Shown here: in pieces, positions 18,595-29,803 of the stretch
Layout: each line of letters begins with the position of its first letter
Position numbering within the stretch: position 1 is the first letter of the stretch
NCBI GenBank assembly: GCA_019056805.1
Contig: DXJG01000002.1
Location: forward strand, 136,907 to 168,906
Reading direction: 5' to 3'
Source of the DNA: Candidatus Baldrarchaeota archaeon
GTDB taxonomy: Archaea > Asgardarchaeota > Baldrarchaeia > Baldrarchaeales > DXJG01
Length of the DNA stretch: 32,000 nt
Notes under the pieces: model-generated
The model's database searches: none
Seen by the model: the letters and a program-made list of their open reading frames with translations, nothing else
What the model was told of the DNA's origin: nothing
Translations under genes and position numbers: made by a program

Positions 18595-18653
18595 TGGCTC
18601 ATCCAAATGCCTTTTCATCACTTTTCAGTGCCGGAAGTATTAATCATCGACCA
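18595..18653 (-). ncRNA. Box C/D guide sRNA, predicted 2'-O-methylation of LSU A1938-equivalent
   Basis: Minus strand: tggtcg-ATGATTA-atacttccggca-CTGA-aaa-GTGATGA-aaaggcatttgg-ATGA-gcca, classic C-D'-C'-D spacing with 12-nt guides; D guide is complementary to CCAAAUGCCUU. Confidence 0.88.
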
Positions 18654-18676
18654 AGTAATTTACACTGTTTGAACTA

Positions 18677-18685
18677 GTTAAAAAG
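18677..18685 (-). promoter_or_regulatory. Putative TATA box for the minus-strand sRNA
   Basis: CTTTTTAAC on the minus strand, 24-32 nt upstream of 18653. Confidence 0.45.
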
Positions 18686-18917
18686 CTATCTCATTTTTGT
18701 AATTATTCATAATTAACTTAAAAACAGATGGGAACATTACATTATTCTCTTAGGTTTTGCTTAAAATGTTTAAAGTGGAATAGTCATTCTAATGAGGTTT
18801 CTTGAGGTACTAATCTATTGTTTTTGTTGGTATGATTTTTCTGAGAGAGTCTAAGAACATGTTACATGAAAACGGAAAACTTATAAGAGAAAAAGTAGCA
18901 AAATGTGAGGGATTTAA

Positions 18918-19928
18918 ATGCCGTGCGAAATAGTTGTTGGTGGATTTTTTGGAGACGAGGGTAAAGGAAAAATTATTTCTTATCTTGCTTCTAGAGATAA
19001 ACCAGTAATTGTTGCTAGAGCTGGTGTTGGTACAAACGCTGGCCATACTGTAGTAGTCAATGGCAAACCTTTTAAATTGAGACAGATTCCCAGCGGATTT
19101 ACCTACGAGAAGGCAAGGCTTTTAATAGGGCCAGGAGTTCTTATTAATCCGGAAATTTTCTTTAAAGAAGTCGAAGAAACAAATTGTAAAGATCGCATCG
19201 GCATAGATTATCAATGTGGTGTTATAGAGAAAAAACACATAGAAGAGGACCGTGGATCCTCACATTTACATGGAAAAATTGGTAGCACTGGAAGTGGATG
19301 CGGTCCTGCAAATGCTGAACGAGTTCTAAGAAAACTGAAGCTTGCTAAAGATTTACCCGAACTGCAACCATATCTAACAGATGTTTCATTAGAAATAAAT
19401 GAGGCTATAGACCGTGGAGATACGGTTCTTGTTGAGGGAACACAAGGTACCTATCTATCTCTCTATCATGGTACTTATCCCTTTGTTACATCAAAAGATG
19501 TATGTGCAGCCGCCGCATGCTCCGATGTAGGAATAGGTCCTACTAAAGTGGATGACGTTATAATAGTCTTTAAAGCCTACGTAACAAGGGTAGGAGCTGG
19601 CCCTCTTGAAGGTGAACTTTCAGAAGAAGAAGCAAAGAAAAGAGGATGGCTTGAAATAGCAACAGTAACGGGTAGAAAGAGAAGATCGGCTCCATTCAAC
19701 TTCAAACTAGCTAAGAGAGCTGTAATGTTAAACGGTGCTACACAAATAGCAATAACTAAGATCGATATAGTTTTTCCCGATGCTCGTGGAGTGTCAAACT
19801 ACGATGAACTTCCAGTTGAAGCGAAAAACTTTATTGAAAAGGTTGAAAAGGAAACAGGTATTCCAGTAACTTTAATTGGTACAGGGCCTGGAATTAATGA
19901 AATAATTGATCGAAGAAACGAAAAATAA
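18918..19928 (+). CDS. purA: Adenylosuccinate synthetase (short archaeal form)
   Basis: [49 protein letters not shown]. Confidence 0.98.
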   Translation: MPCEIVVGGFFGDEGKGKIISYLASRDKPVIVARAGVGTNAGHTVVVNGKPFKLRQIPSGFTYEKARLLIGPGVLINPEIFFKEVEETNCKDRIGIDYQCGVIEKKHIEEDRGSSHLHGKIGSTGSGCGPANAERVLRKLKLAKDLPELQPYLTDVSLEINEAIDRGDTVLVEGTQGTYLSLYHGTYPFVTSKDVCAAAACSDVGIGPTKVDDVIIVFKAYVTRVGAGPLEGELSEEEAKKRGWLEIATVTGRKRRSAPFNFKLAKRAVMLNGATQIAITKIDIVFPDARGVSNYDELPVEAKNFIEKVEKETGIPVTLIGTGPGINEIIDRRNEK

Positions 19929-19944
19929 GTTTAAGGAACAAATT

Positions 19945-20169
19945 TTAACACTTTCTATTATATTGATACGGGTAAGATTGACAAACTGTTTGAAGCATTT
20001 TTTCTAACTCATTTTTTCTTATTGCAATTAAGGCGTTAGCTAATTCCACCGAGTTATACCTTAGCGTTAGATATTCTGTTAGTCTTTCTTTCTTATAACC
20101 CCTTAATAACATTTCATCGATTATTTCTAACATCTTATGGATTCTCACTTGTTTAAATAGATGTTTCAT
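19945..20169 (-). CDS. Small hypothetical protein (74 aa)
   Basis: ATG preceded by GGGGTT, fills the gap between purA and alaS, amphipathic helical composition; no motif recognised. Confidence 0.55.
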   Translation of the reverse strand: MKHLFKQVRIHKMLEIIDEMLLRGYKKERLTEYLTLRYNSVELANALIAIRKNELEKMLQTVCQSYPYQYNRKC

Positions 20170-20309
20170 TTCTAACCCCTGTTGTCTTATGTATGTCTTT
20201 ATTTTTGTGCTTTTTTAGGCGTATTATTTTCTTTAAAATGACTTGAATAGAGGAAAGAGGGAGGTAACTGAAAGTATTCATATGCTATAAAAATTATTAA
20301 GATTAAAGA

Positions 20310-23072
20310 TTAATCAGTAGATAAGGATTCTATCTTTGCAATTATCGTTTGAAAAATTTTCTGCAATACTTTATCCAGATATTGGACTTTAGGACCTCCG
20401 CCAATTACTATTTTTCCCTTTCCTCCAGCAGATCCTCCAAGTTCTTTACAACCTTCCCTGACTATATTTGGTAGTTCAGTTTCGAGAATCTCTTTCGTGG
20501 CTCCAACAATTATGGCTCTATCGGTTCCTCCGCCTAATACTACTATGCAATTAGGCTCTTGTTTAATTATTTTTTCAGCTATCGAGATTAGATCTTTCTC
20601 GTTTAGGTTTATTCTCCTTACCACTACCTTATATTTTCCTACAGTCTCCGCCTCTTTGATTATTCTTTCTGCTATCATTGTTGAAAGCTGATTTCGTAGT
20701 CTTTCTATTTCTTTATTCAGTTCCTTCCATTCTTTGAAGAACCTCTCTGCTGTCTTCGGTAATTGTATCTGTGGTACTCGAAAGACGTTGGCAGTTTTTT
20801 CTAGTAATTCTTCTTGTTGTTGTATTTGCTGAACAGCAGCTAGTCCTGCACAGAATTCTATCCTGACAACTCCATCTTGAATCCTTTCTACTCTAATTAT
20901 CTTAATAGGTCCTACTTCTCCAGTATTTTGGCAATGTAGTCCTCCACAAGCTTCAACATCCCAGTCCTTTATTTCGATTATTCTAATATCTTTCCCTGGT
21001 ACCACTCCTCCTTGATAGATTCTGAATCCATATTTTTGTTCTGCTTCGTTTCTGGGCATCCAAAAGATATGTACTGGGCGATTTTCCATAACTATTTTAT
21101 TTGCCAATAATTCTATTTTTCTAACTTCATCTGTTGATAGCGATTTATAGTGAGTTATATCTAATCTTGCTCTATCCGGCCGTTTCTCCGCACCAGCTTG
21201 CCATACATGTTTCCCTAATACGCGTCTAGCCGCTTCGTTAATTATGTGGGTTGCTGTATGATGACGCATTAAAGATATTCTATGTTCTAAATCTACTTTC
21301 CCCTCAACTTTTTGTCCTTCATTTAACGTAGTTTGACCTTTTATTTCATGTACAATTACATGATTAACTTTTTGAACATTTATAACTCTATTTCCATTTA
21401 TTTCTCCAATGTCGTGAAGCTGTCCTCCTCCCGTAGGGTAAAAACACGTCCTATTCAGCACTATATACTTGTTTTGAATTACTTTCAATACTTTTGCTTC
21501 GAAGGCAGTTTTCCACGGGTCTTCGTAGTATAATTCCTCTGTTGGAGGAAGTGATTCGGTTTGTTGTTTTAAATAGTCTTCGATACGTTTTTGCGGCTTT
21601 TCTCTTTTTTCTCTTTTTTCTCCAATTGTTGCGTAGAAGTCTGTTGGAATTTCTATTTGTAAGCCAAGCGTTTTTCCGATGTCCTGAACCATTTCTGGTT
21701 GTATACCTTTTGATTCATAAAGTGTTATAAGAGTGTCCTTATCGAGTTTCTTCTTCTTTGTTAGTAGACGTTTAACGTATGCCTCTCCTCTCTTTAATGC
21801 TTCATAATATCTCTGTTTTTCGATTTTAAATATATCATCTATTATATCTTCTGCTTCTAAAACCCTCTCGTAGGTTTTCTTTAAATAATCAATATGTCTG
21901 TGAAACAATTCTAGAAAATCTATGTTAAAGTTATAAAGATCATTTAGGCTTAATGCTCTTCTCAAAATTGTACGTAAATTGTAGCCACCACCCACATTAG
22001 ATGGCAATGCTCCATCTGCTATAGCGAAAATTAGGGCACGTGTATGATCTGCTATAGCGTAGAGAGCTTCTAATGGTTCTAATTCTCTTTTTAATTCCTC
22101 ATAACTCGTTCTAAGTTGTTCAGCTATCTGTTTTCTAACAGCATCTATGTTTGTTATTTCGCTTACATCTAACATTCCCATATAGGTTACATAGTTTTTC
22201 AGCAATTTTTCATCTATCTTTAAGTCAACTTGCGACTTTAACCATTCGAGAACTGGTCCAAAAACTGCTTCATATGCGGTAGGAGTTCCTTGACTAAACC
22301 AGCAAATTCTTTCTATTCCCCATCCAACATCTATTACTCTGATCTTCATTTCTCGGTATGTTCCATCTGGTTGTACCTCATATTGCATAAAAACATTATT
22401 TACAATCTCGAGTCCTTTCGCAAAGGCCTCAAGGCATGGCCCAAAGTTTCCCCCTCCAATCCAAACATCTTCCCGGTATGTTATATCTTCTGGGGGAATT
22501 TTAAGCTCTTCCGTTAGAAACTTGAAGTTTAGCTCTATACAATGATCCATCCAATAACCTTTCCATTTATCCGAATTAAAAGCGTGCTGTCCACCCATTA
22601 CAAAAAGAGAGAAGTGCCGACCAGTTCTTCCAACATTATCTACATCATTAAACCCTTTTCCTCCAAATCTCAAACATGGTTGTGGAACAACAAGTGGGTT
22701 TGCTGGAGGATCAACTATTCCGCTCACTACCCAAGGCTGAAAGTCCGCAATCGAAGCTATAGTAAATGTTAAGTCGTCTCTCCAACGTGCAACAACAGGA
22801 TACTCCTTGATTCTTGTATGTCCATGTCTTTCAAAAAAATTACACCAGCGTTCAATAGTTTCGTGGTAATCCCAGTTACCTTTTTGTTCACCGATGAATT
22901 TATACCCATTTTCGCATGCAGGGTCTCCACATGTATCTCTATCGGGGTTTAGAGTCCAGAAAAAACCTCCACATTTAGGACATCGCTTTCTTACAAATTC
23001 TTTTTCCTTAAACAAACTTACTCTGTACTTCTCTTCAGTTAGTATATCCTTCAACTGAGATTTATTGATCAA
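20310..23072 (-). CDS. alaS: Alanine--tRNA ligase (archaeal type)
   Basis: CPKCGGFFWT...CGDPAC N-terminus, YPVVARWRDD, DNVGRTGRH, DVGWGIER, editing HTATH and ACGGLH, C-Ala tail. Confidence 0.98.
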   Translation of the reverse strand: MINKSQLKDILTEEKYRVSLFKEKEFVRKRCPKCGGFFWTLNPDRDTCGDPACENGYKFIGEQKGNWDYHETIERWCNFFERHGHTRIKEYPVVARWRDDLTFTIASIADFQPWVVSGIVDPPANPLVVPQPCLRFGGKGFNDVDNVGRTGRHFSLFVMGGQHAFNSDKWKGYWMDHCIELNFKFLTEELKIPPEDITYREDVWIGGGNFGPCLEAFAKGLEIVNNVFMQYEVQPDGTYREMKIRVIDVGWGIERICWFSQGTPTAYEAVFGPVLEWLKSQVDLKIDEKLLKNYVTYMGMLDVSEITNIDAVRKQIAEQLRTSYEELKRELEPLEALYAIADHTRALIFAIADGALPSNVGGGYNLRTILRRALSLNDLYNFNIDFLELFHRHIDYLKKTYERVLEAEDIIDDIFKIEKQRYYEALKRGEAYVKRLLTKKKKLDKDTLITLYESKGIQPEMVQDIGKTLGLQIEIPTDFYATIGEKREKREKPQKRIEDYLKQQTESLPPTEELYYEDPWKTAFEAKVLKVIQNKYIVLNRTCFYPTGGGQLHDIGEINGNRVINVQKVNHVIVHEIKGQTTLNEGQKVEGKVDLEHRISLMRHHTATHIINEAARRVLGKHVWQAGAEKRPDRARLDITHYKSLSTDEVRKIELLANKIVMENRPVHIFWMPRNEAEQKYGFRIYQGGVVPGKDIRIIEIKDWDVEACGGLHCQNTGEVGPIKIIRVERIQDGVVRIEFCAGLAAVQQIQQQEELLEKTANVFRVPQIQLPKTAERFFKEWKELNKEIERLRNQLSTMIAERIIKEAETVGKYKVVVRRINLNEKDLISIAEKIIKQEPNCIVVLGGGTDRAIIVGATKEILETELPNIVREGCKELGGSAGGKGKIVIGGGPKVQYLDKVLQKIFQTIIAKIESLSTD

Positions 23073-23228
23073 GTTTTACACCCATTCTGATTTTAGTAGA
23101 ATCCTTGATTAATAGTAATATTCCATTTTAATTTAAGATGATATATTCTACGAAATCGTGTTTTCCTACACTTAAATAATTTATGATCTAAGTTTCCCTT
23201 AGACTAAAAATAACATCTGATATAGGGG

Positions 23229-23969
23229 TTAAGGTACAAAACTCCTTAATTTTTTAACTAGTTCCTCGATATTATCTATTTTTGACACCAATAATGGTAT
23301 TTGTTCTATTTCAGCTATTTTTATAGCTAATGGGTCAATCTTTTCCAAACCGTGAAGAATAACTATTGCTGGTTTTAACGCTTTCCCTCCGGTCATTTGT
23401 GCAACACGAATTGCGATCATAGGAGATCTACCTGTTGTGACTCGTGTAAAAATGGCGGCTCTTTGAGGCGTTGCACCATATAATCGTAGTAATTGTGGTG
23501 GAGATAACTTGAGTATCGCATTCACAGAATCCACTACCGTATAACCGTAAATAACTTCGTTTTTAAGAACATCGCCACAAGCATATACCTTGCAATTTAA
23601 ATAATCTGCAAGATCCTTGGCATTAACTGGATACGGGAACTCTCTAATAGCAAGTATCACATCCGAAGGAATTTCTGGAGACATTAGTTTCTTTAATGCG
23701 CCCGTAACGTATCCTCCTCGCTTTTCATCCATTTCTATTAATGCTTCAACAAACTTTTTCACAGTTTCAACTCGAGGCGAAGAACGTCTCCCACTTTCAT
23801 AATCACTTATCACTGATGGTGAAATATTAAGAAATTGTGCTAAGGTCTTTTGAGAAATTTGAAAAAGCTCTCTCCACTTTTTCATAATTTTTCCTGGTTC
23901 ATTTGACAGAATTATTTCTCCTGCTATACTTTGTGCTATTCTTTCTAAGGCATTGTCTCTATAATTCAT
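23229..23969 (-). CDS. XRE-family HTH transcriptional regulator (COG1709-like)
   Basis: IAGEIILS..PG..MKKWRELFQISQKTLAQFLNISPSVISDYESGRR..P, FTRVTTGRSPMIAIRV. Confidence 0.88.
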   Translation of the reverse strand: MNYRDNALERIAQSIAGEIILSNEPGKIMKKWRELFQISQKTLAQFLNISPSVISDYESGRRSSPRVETVKKFVEALIEMDEKRGGYVTGALKKLMSPEIPSDVILAIREFPYPVNAKDLADYLNCKVYACGDVLKNEVIYGYTVVDSVNAILKLSPPQLLRLYGATPQRAAIFTRVTTGRSPMIAIRVAQMTGGKALKPAIVILHGLEKIDPLAIKIAEIEQIPLLVSKIDNIEELVKKLRSFVP

Positions 23970-24377
23970 ATTTCTCTGAATAATTTTAATTGATATTTGA
24001 GTATTTCGATATTGCCGAATAACTATTCGACAAACGACGAAAAATTTTGAGCGCTTAATCGGGAAAATAGCTATAAATAAATAACCTATCTTGTCTTTCC
24101 GGATTCTTTAGCACATTTTCGTTGCTCAGAAGAACTTTGTTTTCAAGTTCAAGTTTTACCTTCAAAATATCTCATGAATATATGAGTAGTTATATGATTT
24201 TATCTGCTAGCTGGTATAAGCAAATGTTTGTTCCGTCGAAGAGATTTTTTATTCTAAGTACTTTGTTGCTTCAAAGAGCGATACTTTACATTTTCCAAGT
24301 GATAAAAATACGAAAACTTTAAATAATCTTTAAGTACGTGCTACGTTACTTGATTAACATTTACTGGAGTGATATTA

Positions 24378-24656
24378 ATGGAATTTTGTCCAAAATGCGA
24401 AAGTATGCTAGTACCCCAAAAACAAAAAGATGGTACAGTTGTTCTCGTCTGCAGAAATTGTGGATACACGGCTCCAGCAGAGAAAGAGAAGGGGGAATAT
24501 AAACTAGTATTTAAAATAAGACATACGCCACAAGAAGAAATAATTGTAGTGGAGGGGGACCTAAAAAGAAAAATTCAAATAACAAAAGATGGAAGAGAAG
24601 AAGAATACAAAGCAGCATTAGACTATTATCAAGAATGGGAAACCGAAGAAGAATAA
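24378..24656 (+). CDS. TFS/RpoM (RPA12/RPB9/RPC11)-like protein with N-terminal Zn ribbon only
   Basis: MEFCPKCESML...LVCRNCGY; no second CxxC pair or RSADE hairpin; acidic tail. ATG 24378 follows GGAGTGA. Confidence 0.8.
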   Translation: MEFCPKCESMLVPQKQKDGTVVLVCRNCGYTAPAEKEKGEYKLVFKIRHTPQEEIIVVEGDLKRKIQITKDGREEEYKAALDYYQEWETEEE

Positions 24657-24781
24657 TCTAAAATGAATATTGAGAGTATACGATCCTTCACTGATGCTAA
24701 CAACAAAGCAATTTTATTATTATAATTTCGGCCTAACTTTTATCTTTTTTATGAAATAAATAGGTGAGTTTTGAAATTATA

Positions 24782-26236
24782 TTAACCCTTGGTAACTCCC
24801 ATTGGAACCATTCTTGCTACGAGAGTAGCAATACCTAGTTTGTGACTAACTTTAACAACTCTGTCAATATCTTTATATGCACCTGGAGCTTCTTCTGCAA
24901 CTACCCTGATATTTGCAGCTCTAATTAATATTCCTCTTTGCTCCAAATCCTTTTTCACTGTAGAACCCCAATAACGTCGAGTGGCAGCAGCTCGTGATAA
25001 GTGTCGCCCTGCACCATGGGCAGTACTGCCAAAAGAGATCTTCATAGCCTGTTTTGCTCCAATTAGCAAATAACTAGCAGTACCCATACTTCCGGGAATC
25101 AGTACGGGTTGACCCATGCTTCTATAGTCAGCAGGAATATCTTTGTGTCCCGGTGGAAACGCCCTAGTAGCACCTTTTCTATGAACAAATACTTTAACCT
25201 TCTTTCCATCGACATCATGTTCCTCTAATTTCGCTATATTATGGGCTACATCATAAATCAAATGTAAATCTAAGTCTTCAGCATCTTTTCTGAATATTTT
25301 TTGAAGAGCTTCTCTTGTCCAATGAGTTATTAGTTGTCTATTTGCCCAAGCAAAATTAGCTGCGCACTGCATTGCTTGAAAATATTGTTCAGCTTCTTTG
25401 CTATTTGCTGGTGCACATGCCAATTCTCTATCTGGTAGTTTTATTCCATACTGGTGTACTGCTCTTTCCATAACTCTGAGATAATCAGAACATACCTGGT
25501 GACCAAAACCTCTAGAACCTGTATGAATCATAACAGTTACTTGTCCTTCTTCATATATACCAAGTTTCTTGGCTACTTGAGGATTATAAATCTTATCTAC
25601 ATACTGTATTTCGAGGAAATGGTTTCCACTTCCTAGAGTTCCAAGTTGTGGTCGTCCTCTTTGTTTAGCTCTTGAAGATACTACATCTGGATTCGCATTC
25701 GGCATTGCCCCTTCTTCTTCGCAATGTTTCCAATCCTCATCCCAACCATATCCCTGTTCAACAGCCCATTTTGCACCACCTTGCATTGCTTCATCCAGTT
25801 CGGCAGTTGATAGCCTTAACTTTCCAGTGCTTCCCACTCCGCTAGGAATATTTCTGAATAAAGCTTCCAGAAGTTGAGGTAAGATTTTACGTACCTCATC
25901 TTTTTTCAAATTTGTTCTTAGTAATCTTACACCACAATTAATGTCGTAACCCACTCCACCTGGTGAAATTACACCTGTTTCTAAATCACTTGCCGCTACT
26001 CCCCCTATTGGGAATCCGTATCCTTGATGTCCATCCGGAAGAACTATGCTATACTTGTAGACTCCCGGAAGACATGCAATGTTTGCTGCTTGTTCTAATG
26101 TTAAATCTGTTCTCATTTTTTCTAGTAAAAATTCATCTGCATAAATTCTCGCTGGTACACGCATGCAATTCTTGTAAGTTCGTGGTATTTCCCATACGAA
26201 TTCATCTATCTTTTCGATAGGCCCTCTATAACCCAT
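24782..26236 (-). CDS. rtcB: RNA-splicing ligase RtcB
   Basis: PDGHQGYGFPIGG, GVGYDINCGVR, GTLGSGNHFLE, HTGSRGFGH, YDVAHN, HRKGATRA, HGAGR, EEAPGAYK; start ATG 26236 after GGTGA. Confidence 0.97.
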   Translation of the reverse strand: MGYRGPIEKIDEFVWEIPRTYKNCMRVPARIYADEFLLEKMRTDLTLEQAANIACLPGVYKYSIVLPDGHQGYGFPIGGVAASDLETGVISPGGVGYDINCGVRLLRTNLKKDEVRKILPQLLEALFRNIPSGVGSTGKLRLSTAELDEAMQGGAKWAVEQGYGWDEDWKHCEEEGAMPNANPDVVSSRAKQRGRPQLGTLGSGNHFLEIQYVDKIYNPQVAKKLGIYEEGQVTVMIHTGSRGFGHQVCSDYLRVMERAVHQYGIKLPDRELACAPANSKEAEQYFQAMQCAANFAWANRQLITHWTREALQKIFRKDAEDLDLHLIYDVAHNIAKLEEHDVDGKKVKVFVHRKGATRAFPPGHKDIPADYRSMGQPVLIPGSMGTASYLLIGAKQAMKISFGSTAHGAGRHLSRAAATRRYWGSTVKKDLEQRGILIRAANIRVVAEEAPGAYKDIDRVVKVSHKLGIATLVARMVPMGVTKG

Positions 26237-26479
26237 TTTTTTCACCATGTTTAGGGAGACTTTCAAAATTTTTAAGTGTTTTTGGTACATGAGCATGAAT
26301 TTTGGTGTCTTATACCAAAATATTAGGTCCACTTACCGAGAAAATGAAGTCTTAACTAACTTGAGAACAATGTTCTACGATGTTCATAATAACTCTTTAA
26401 AGAACTTAAAATCAAGGTATCAATTTGAAGTTATTTCTTTGTATTATGACAAAAGTGATATTAGTATGACAAAGAAAGT

Positions 26480-27271
26480 TCAGGGATTATATTCAGTATA
26501 TAATATTTTTTTAATTTCTTTGATTGTTTGTAACCCTATACCTTTGAGCTGTTTCCATTTTTCAATATTTTGAATAGCTTTTATGGGTGTTTTAAAAACT
26601 TCTAGTATTTTTTGAGCTCTTATAGTTGATATGCCTGGTAGTCCTGCCAAAAAGAAGATTTGTTGCTGAAATATGTCCGAAAACTTAGGTTTTGTCCTAA
26701 TTATTGGTATTGCTTTTTTCCGCGGTTTCTTCTCTTTTTCTCCTAAAATCTCCTTTAGTTTTTGGAAAATGTATAATGCTGTATGCATCGCGTCGAAAGT
26801 TTCTACTACTAAAATACCTTTCCTTTCTGCTTCTTGTTTTAAAGCTTCATATGCCTTTGGACTAAATTTTACCTTTTTTTCTATTACTATGTAATGTAGA
26901 TGATCTTTTGTTGTTCGTTTTATTGGTACGTATATGCATTTATTTATAGGGTCTTTTCTAATAGCTAATCCACCCTCAATAAGAAGTACAGGGTTGCTAT
27001 ACTTTTCTACCATGGTTTCCAATTGTTTTTCTAGTCTTGGTATTCCCTTCTGTGAACCCTTTAAAGTATGTATGAGATCCATCACAGTCTTTCTTTCTAT
27101 CACGGTTTCTTCTGGTAACAAGTAATCCCCTATTGGTAAAGATTCCACTCTGTATGTTATTTTTTCTTTCTCAAGGAGTTTAATAAGGATGCTTGCCGTT
27201 CCACCCTCGCTCCGAGCTTCATGTACATCAATTACGATAGAAGGAACTTCACCAAATAATGTTATTTGCAA
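26480..27271 (-). CDS. Short XPF/ERCC4 structure-specific endonuclease with (HhH)2
   Basis: IVIDVHE, LPIGDY, IERKTVMDL (ERKxxxD), LLIEG, C-terminal LPGIS and LKGIG HhH repeats; no helicase domain. Probable TTG start 27271 after AGGTG. Confidence 0.88.
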   Translation of the reverse strand: MQITLFGEVPSIVIDVHEARSEGGTASILIKLLEKEKITYRVESLPIGDYLLPEETVIERKTVMDLIHTLKGSQKGIPRLEKQLETMVEKYSNPVLLIEGGLAIRKDPINKCIYVPIKRTTKDHLHYIVIEKKVKFSPKAYEALKQEAERKGILVVETFDAMHTALYIFQKLKEILGEKEKKPRKKAIPIIRTKPKFSDIFQQQIFFLAGLPGISTIRAQKILEVFKTPIKAIQNIEKWKQLKGIGLQTIKEIKKILYTEYNP

Positions 27272-27364
27272 GTAAAACACCTTTTGGAGCCATAAACTCC
27301 TAATCTAGTATCTATCTATTAAATTCGAGATATATAAGTATGGATTAAAATGAAATCGATAACA

Positions 27365-28369
27365 TTAAAAGTGATAATCGATCGGCGGTTTTGTTTTTCT
27401 CCTTTCTTGTTTTGATTTTTTCCTCCATTTCTCAAATTCTTCCGATGGAGGGTATTGACGATATAACGTCTGTCTATTTGCTTCTAATAATTGTTGCTTC
27501 TTGTTTAAGTATTCTGAGACACATTTTATTTCATGTTTACTCATTTTCGCTTCTTCTATTACCGTTTTGAGCCATATTTTCCAATCTAAGTCCCTTAGTA
27601 GATGGTGATCTATAATTATTAGCGATATTTTTCTTGCAAGTTTAGCGATATTCTCTTTTGCTTTTCCAATAGCTTCCTCTTTGATTCTATATCTTTCTAA
27701 ATAGGTTGGCGGGCCACTTATGTAAATCACGTTTGGTTTTTCCTTTAATATGAGATTTAATGTCCTATCGCTTATGGGTCCCTGCACATCCGATGCATGA
27801 ATAAATGTTTCATCTTCATACTTTATTGTACACATTAAAACGTAGCCCAAGGGTGTGTTTTCTTCACCATGTGGCACTGGTGCTGAAAACTTTATTATAG
27901 TATCTCCGAACACATAGGACTTTCCGTCTGCAAAATCAATTTTTTTGGCTATTTTTTCAACATTTTTATAAAACGAGTAGCCCCGTTTCTTTTGGCTAAA
28001 ATTAATGTTTTTCTGATAATCCTTTCCTAATATAATTTTATCTGCATATATTGTCTCTGCTATTTCCTTGCTGCTCCATATATACCTATATTCTTCAAAA
28101 AACGGTTTAAAGTGATCCCAATGCATATGACTTATTGTAACAATGTCCGCATAGTATGCATATTTCATAATTTCTCTTGTCGTCCTTTCAACAGCTTTAT
28201 ACTCAAGAGGATGAGGTATTAATCCATATCTAAAACCCAGTGATGCTGAAGCATCAATTAACACATTTATATCAGGTGTTTTCACAAACGTCGCCATAGA
28301 TCGCACGCCAAGACTTTCTGCCGCCAAAGGCCTGATCTTTATATGTTTTAATATTATTTCTCTTGCCAA
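27365..28369 (-). CDS. UPF0282 / COG2248 metallo-beta-lactamase-fold hydrolase
   Basis: LAAESLGVRSMATFV, ISHMHWDH, PVPHG, HASDVQGP, IDHHLLRD. Confidence 0.9.
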   Translation of the reverse strand: MAREIILKHIKIRPLAAESLGVRSMATFVKTPDINVLIDASASLGFRYGLIPHPLEYKAVERTTREIMKYAYYADIVTISHMHWDHFKPFFEEYRYIWSSKEIAETIYADKIILGKDYQKNINFSQKKRGYSFYKNVEKIAKKIDFADGKSYVFGDTIIKFSAPVPHGEENTPLGYVLMCTIKYEDETFIHASDVQGPISDRTLNLILKEKPNVIYISGPPTYLERYRIKEEAIGKAKENIAKLARKISLIIIDHHLLRDLDWKIWLKTVIEEAKMSKHEIKCVSEYLNKKQQLLEANRQTLYRQYPPSEEFEKWRKKSKQERRKTKPPIDYHF

Positions 28370-28438
28370 GGGTACATCTCCGCTTTCGAAGATTTAATTT
28401 TTAAACCAAGTAAATTGAAATAAAATTATGGGAATATT

Positions 28439-29497
<1,059 letters not shown>

Positions 29498-29803
29498 CTA
29501 TTTAAACTTAAAGGTATTTTTTGATAAGCTTTTATGGCTTTTAAAAATTCTGATAGCATTATTCTAAATTCTTTCATTTTAACCATATTTTTCCAATAAA
29601 TGTCAAAAGATAGCAAATTGATTTGATTAAGAAATAAACAGTAAGCTAATGAGGTCATAATGTCACCGTTTATTACTTTCCTTTAGTTTGAACAAAGTTT
29701 GTTAGCAGATGGTCAAAATGAAATTCACGTAAAGGAAAGTGTTATTACATTTGATAATGAACTATTTGTACTACAAAATAGATAGATAATCTGGGTGATA
29801 GTA

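Noticed and set aside
24050-24300. Minus-strand protein-like frame (…NLFDGTNICLYQLADKII*LLIYS*DILKVKLELENK…)
   Set aside because: Multiple in-frame stops and no recognisable homolog; may be a decayed gene but unsupported.
23100-24760. Isolated ATGA/CTGA words in intergenic DNA at about 23130-23220 and 24660-24700
   Set aside because: No terminal stem, no C-D'-C'-D spacing and no rRNA-complementary guide recognised.
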